The notes under the pieces were generated by a model. It had not been told where the DNA came from and ran no database searches. It saw only the letters and a list, made by a program, of their open reading frames with translations. Made by a program: the position numbers and the translations under genes. Positions 63,731 to 64,000 of a DNA stretch of 64,000 nt are shown here, piece after piece. Position 1 is the stretch's first letter. The number at the start of each line of letters is the position of its first letter. The DNA comes from the human T2T-CHM13v2.0 reference genome, Homo sapiens: NCBI RefSeq assembly GCF_009914755.1, contig NC_060925.1; one strand, written 5' to 3'.

Positions 63731-63769
63731 ATGGACTCTGACTCTTGCGCCGCCGCCTTCCACCCGGAG
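63731..63769 (+). CDS. PHF13: PHF13 (SPOC1) coding part of exon 1; gene continues beyond the right edge
   Basis: aacATGG Kozak context; MDSDSCAAAFHPE; donor GAG|gtgagt. Confidence 0.88.
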
Positions 63770-64000
63770 GTGAGTGAAGCTGTGCGTCCGAATCGCCCCC
63801 GACCACCCCCTCCGCGATCCTGCCGTCCTCAGGCAGCCAGACCCCCGGTCGCCCGGAGCGCCGCCCTCCCCTTCCCCCGCTTTCCCCTCGTCGGCCCCCC
63901 CGGGAGCCCAACCCCCGCCCCCTGCTCGGGCCCGCGCTCGGTCCTCTCCGCCGGGCCTCGCCTCCGCGTCCCCTCCGCGGACCTCCGCGTCCTCCCCGCG

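Noticed and set aside
62664-63911. Several 160-250 aa overlapping ORFs on both strands
   Set aside because: GC-rich promoter artefacts; the only supported coding part is PHF13 63731-63769

Overview
Human (or very closely related great ape) genomic DNA, recognised from its protein sequences as the 1p36 cluster NOL9(-) / TAS1R1(+) / ZBTB48(+) / KLHL21(-) / PHF13(+). The window holds NOL9 coding exons 1-2 and PHF13 exon 1. It also holds three complete genes whose exons I joined by hand at GT-AG sites into uninterrupted frames: TAS1R1 (6 exons, 841 aa), ZBTB48/TZAP (10 coding exons, 688 aa) and KLHL21 (4 exons, 597 aa). The sequence is very Alu-rich and has four CpG-island promoters. The genes are well known, so the unexplained structure is mostly in the repeats. 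First, TAS1R1 intron 1 contains a ~10.1 kb antisense, tRNA-Phe-primed class I provirus (9964-20105). It is integrated inside an Alu (target-site duplication, TSD, CATCT), which itself sits within an old MLT2 LTR. The provirus carries an LTR14-like solo LTR and seven Alus, and its env looks like an ERV9-type ectodomain on a HERV-F/H-type backbone. Second, NOL9 intron 1 has a 207-bp, 206/207-identical inverted duplication, followed by an Alu fragment that is 103/104 identical to one specific Alu 52 kb away, which suggests a multi-template-switch rearrangement. Several isoform possibilities are also visible in the sequence. Family names and reference-allele comparisons come from memory and need database confirmation. 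I found no evidence of a wholly new gene system.
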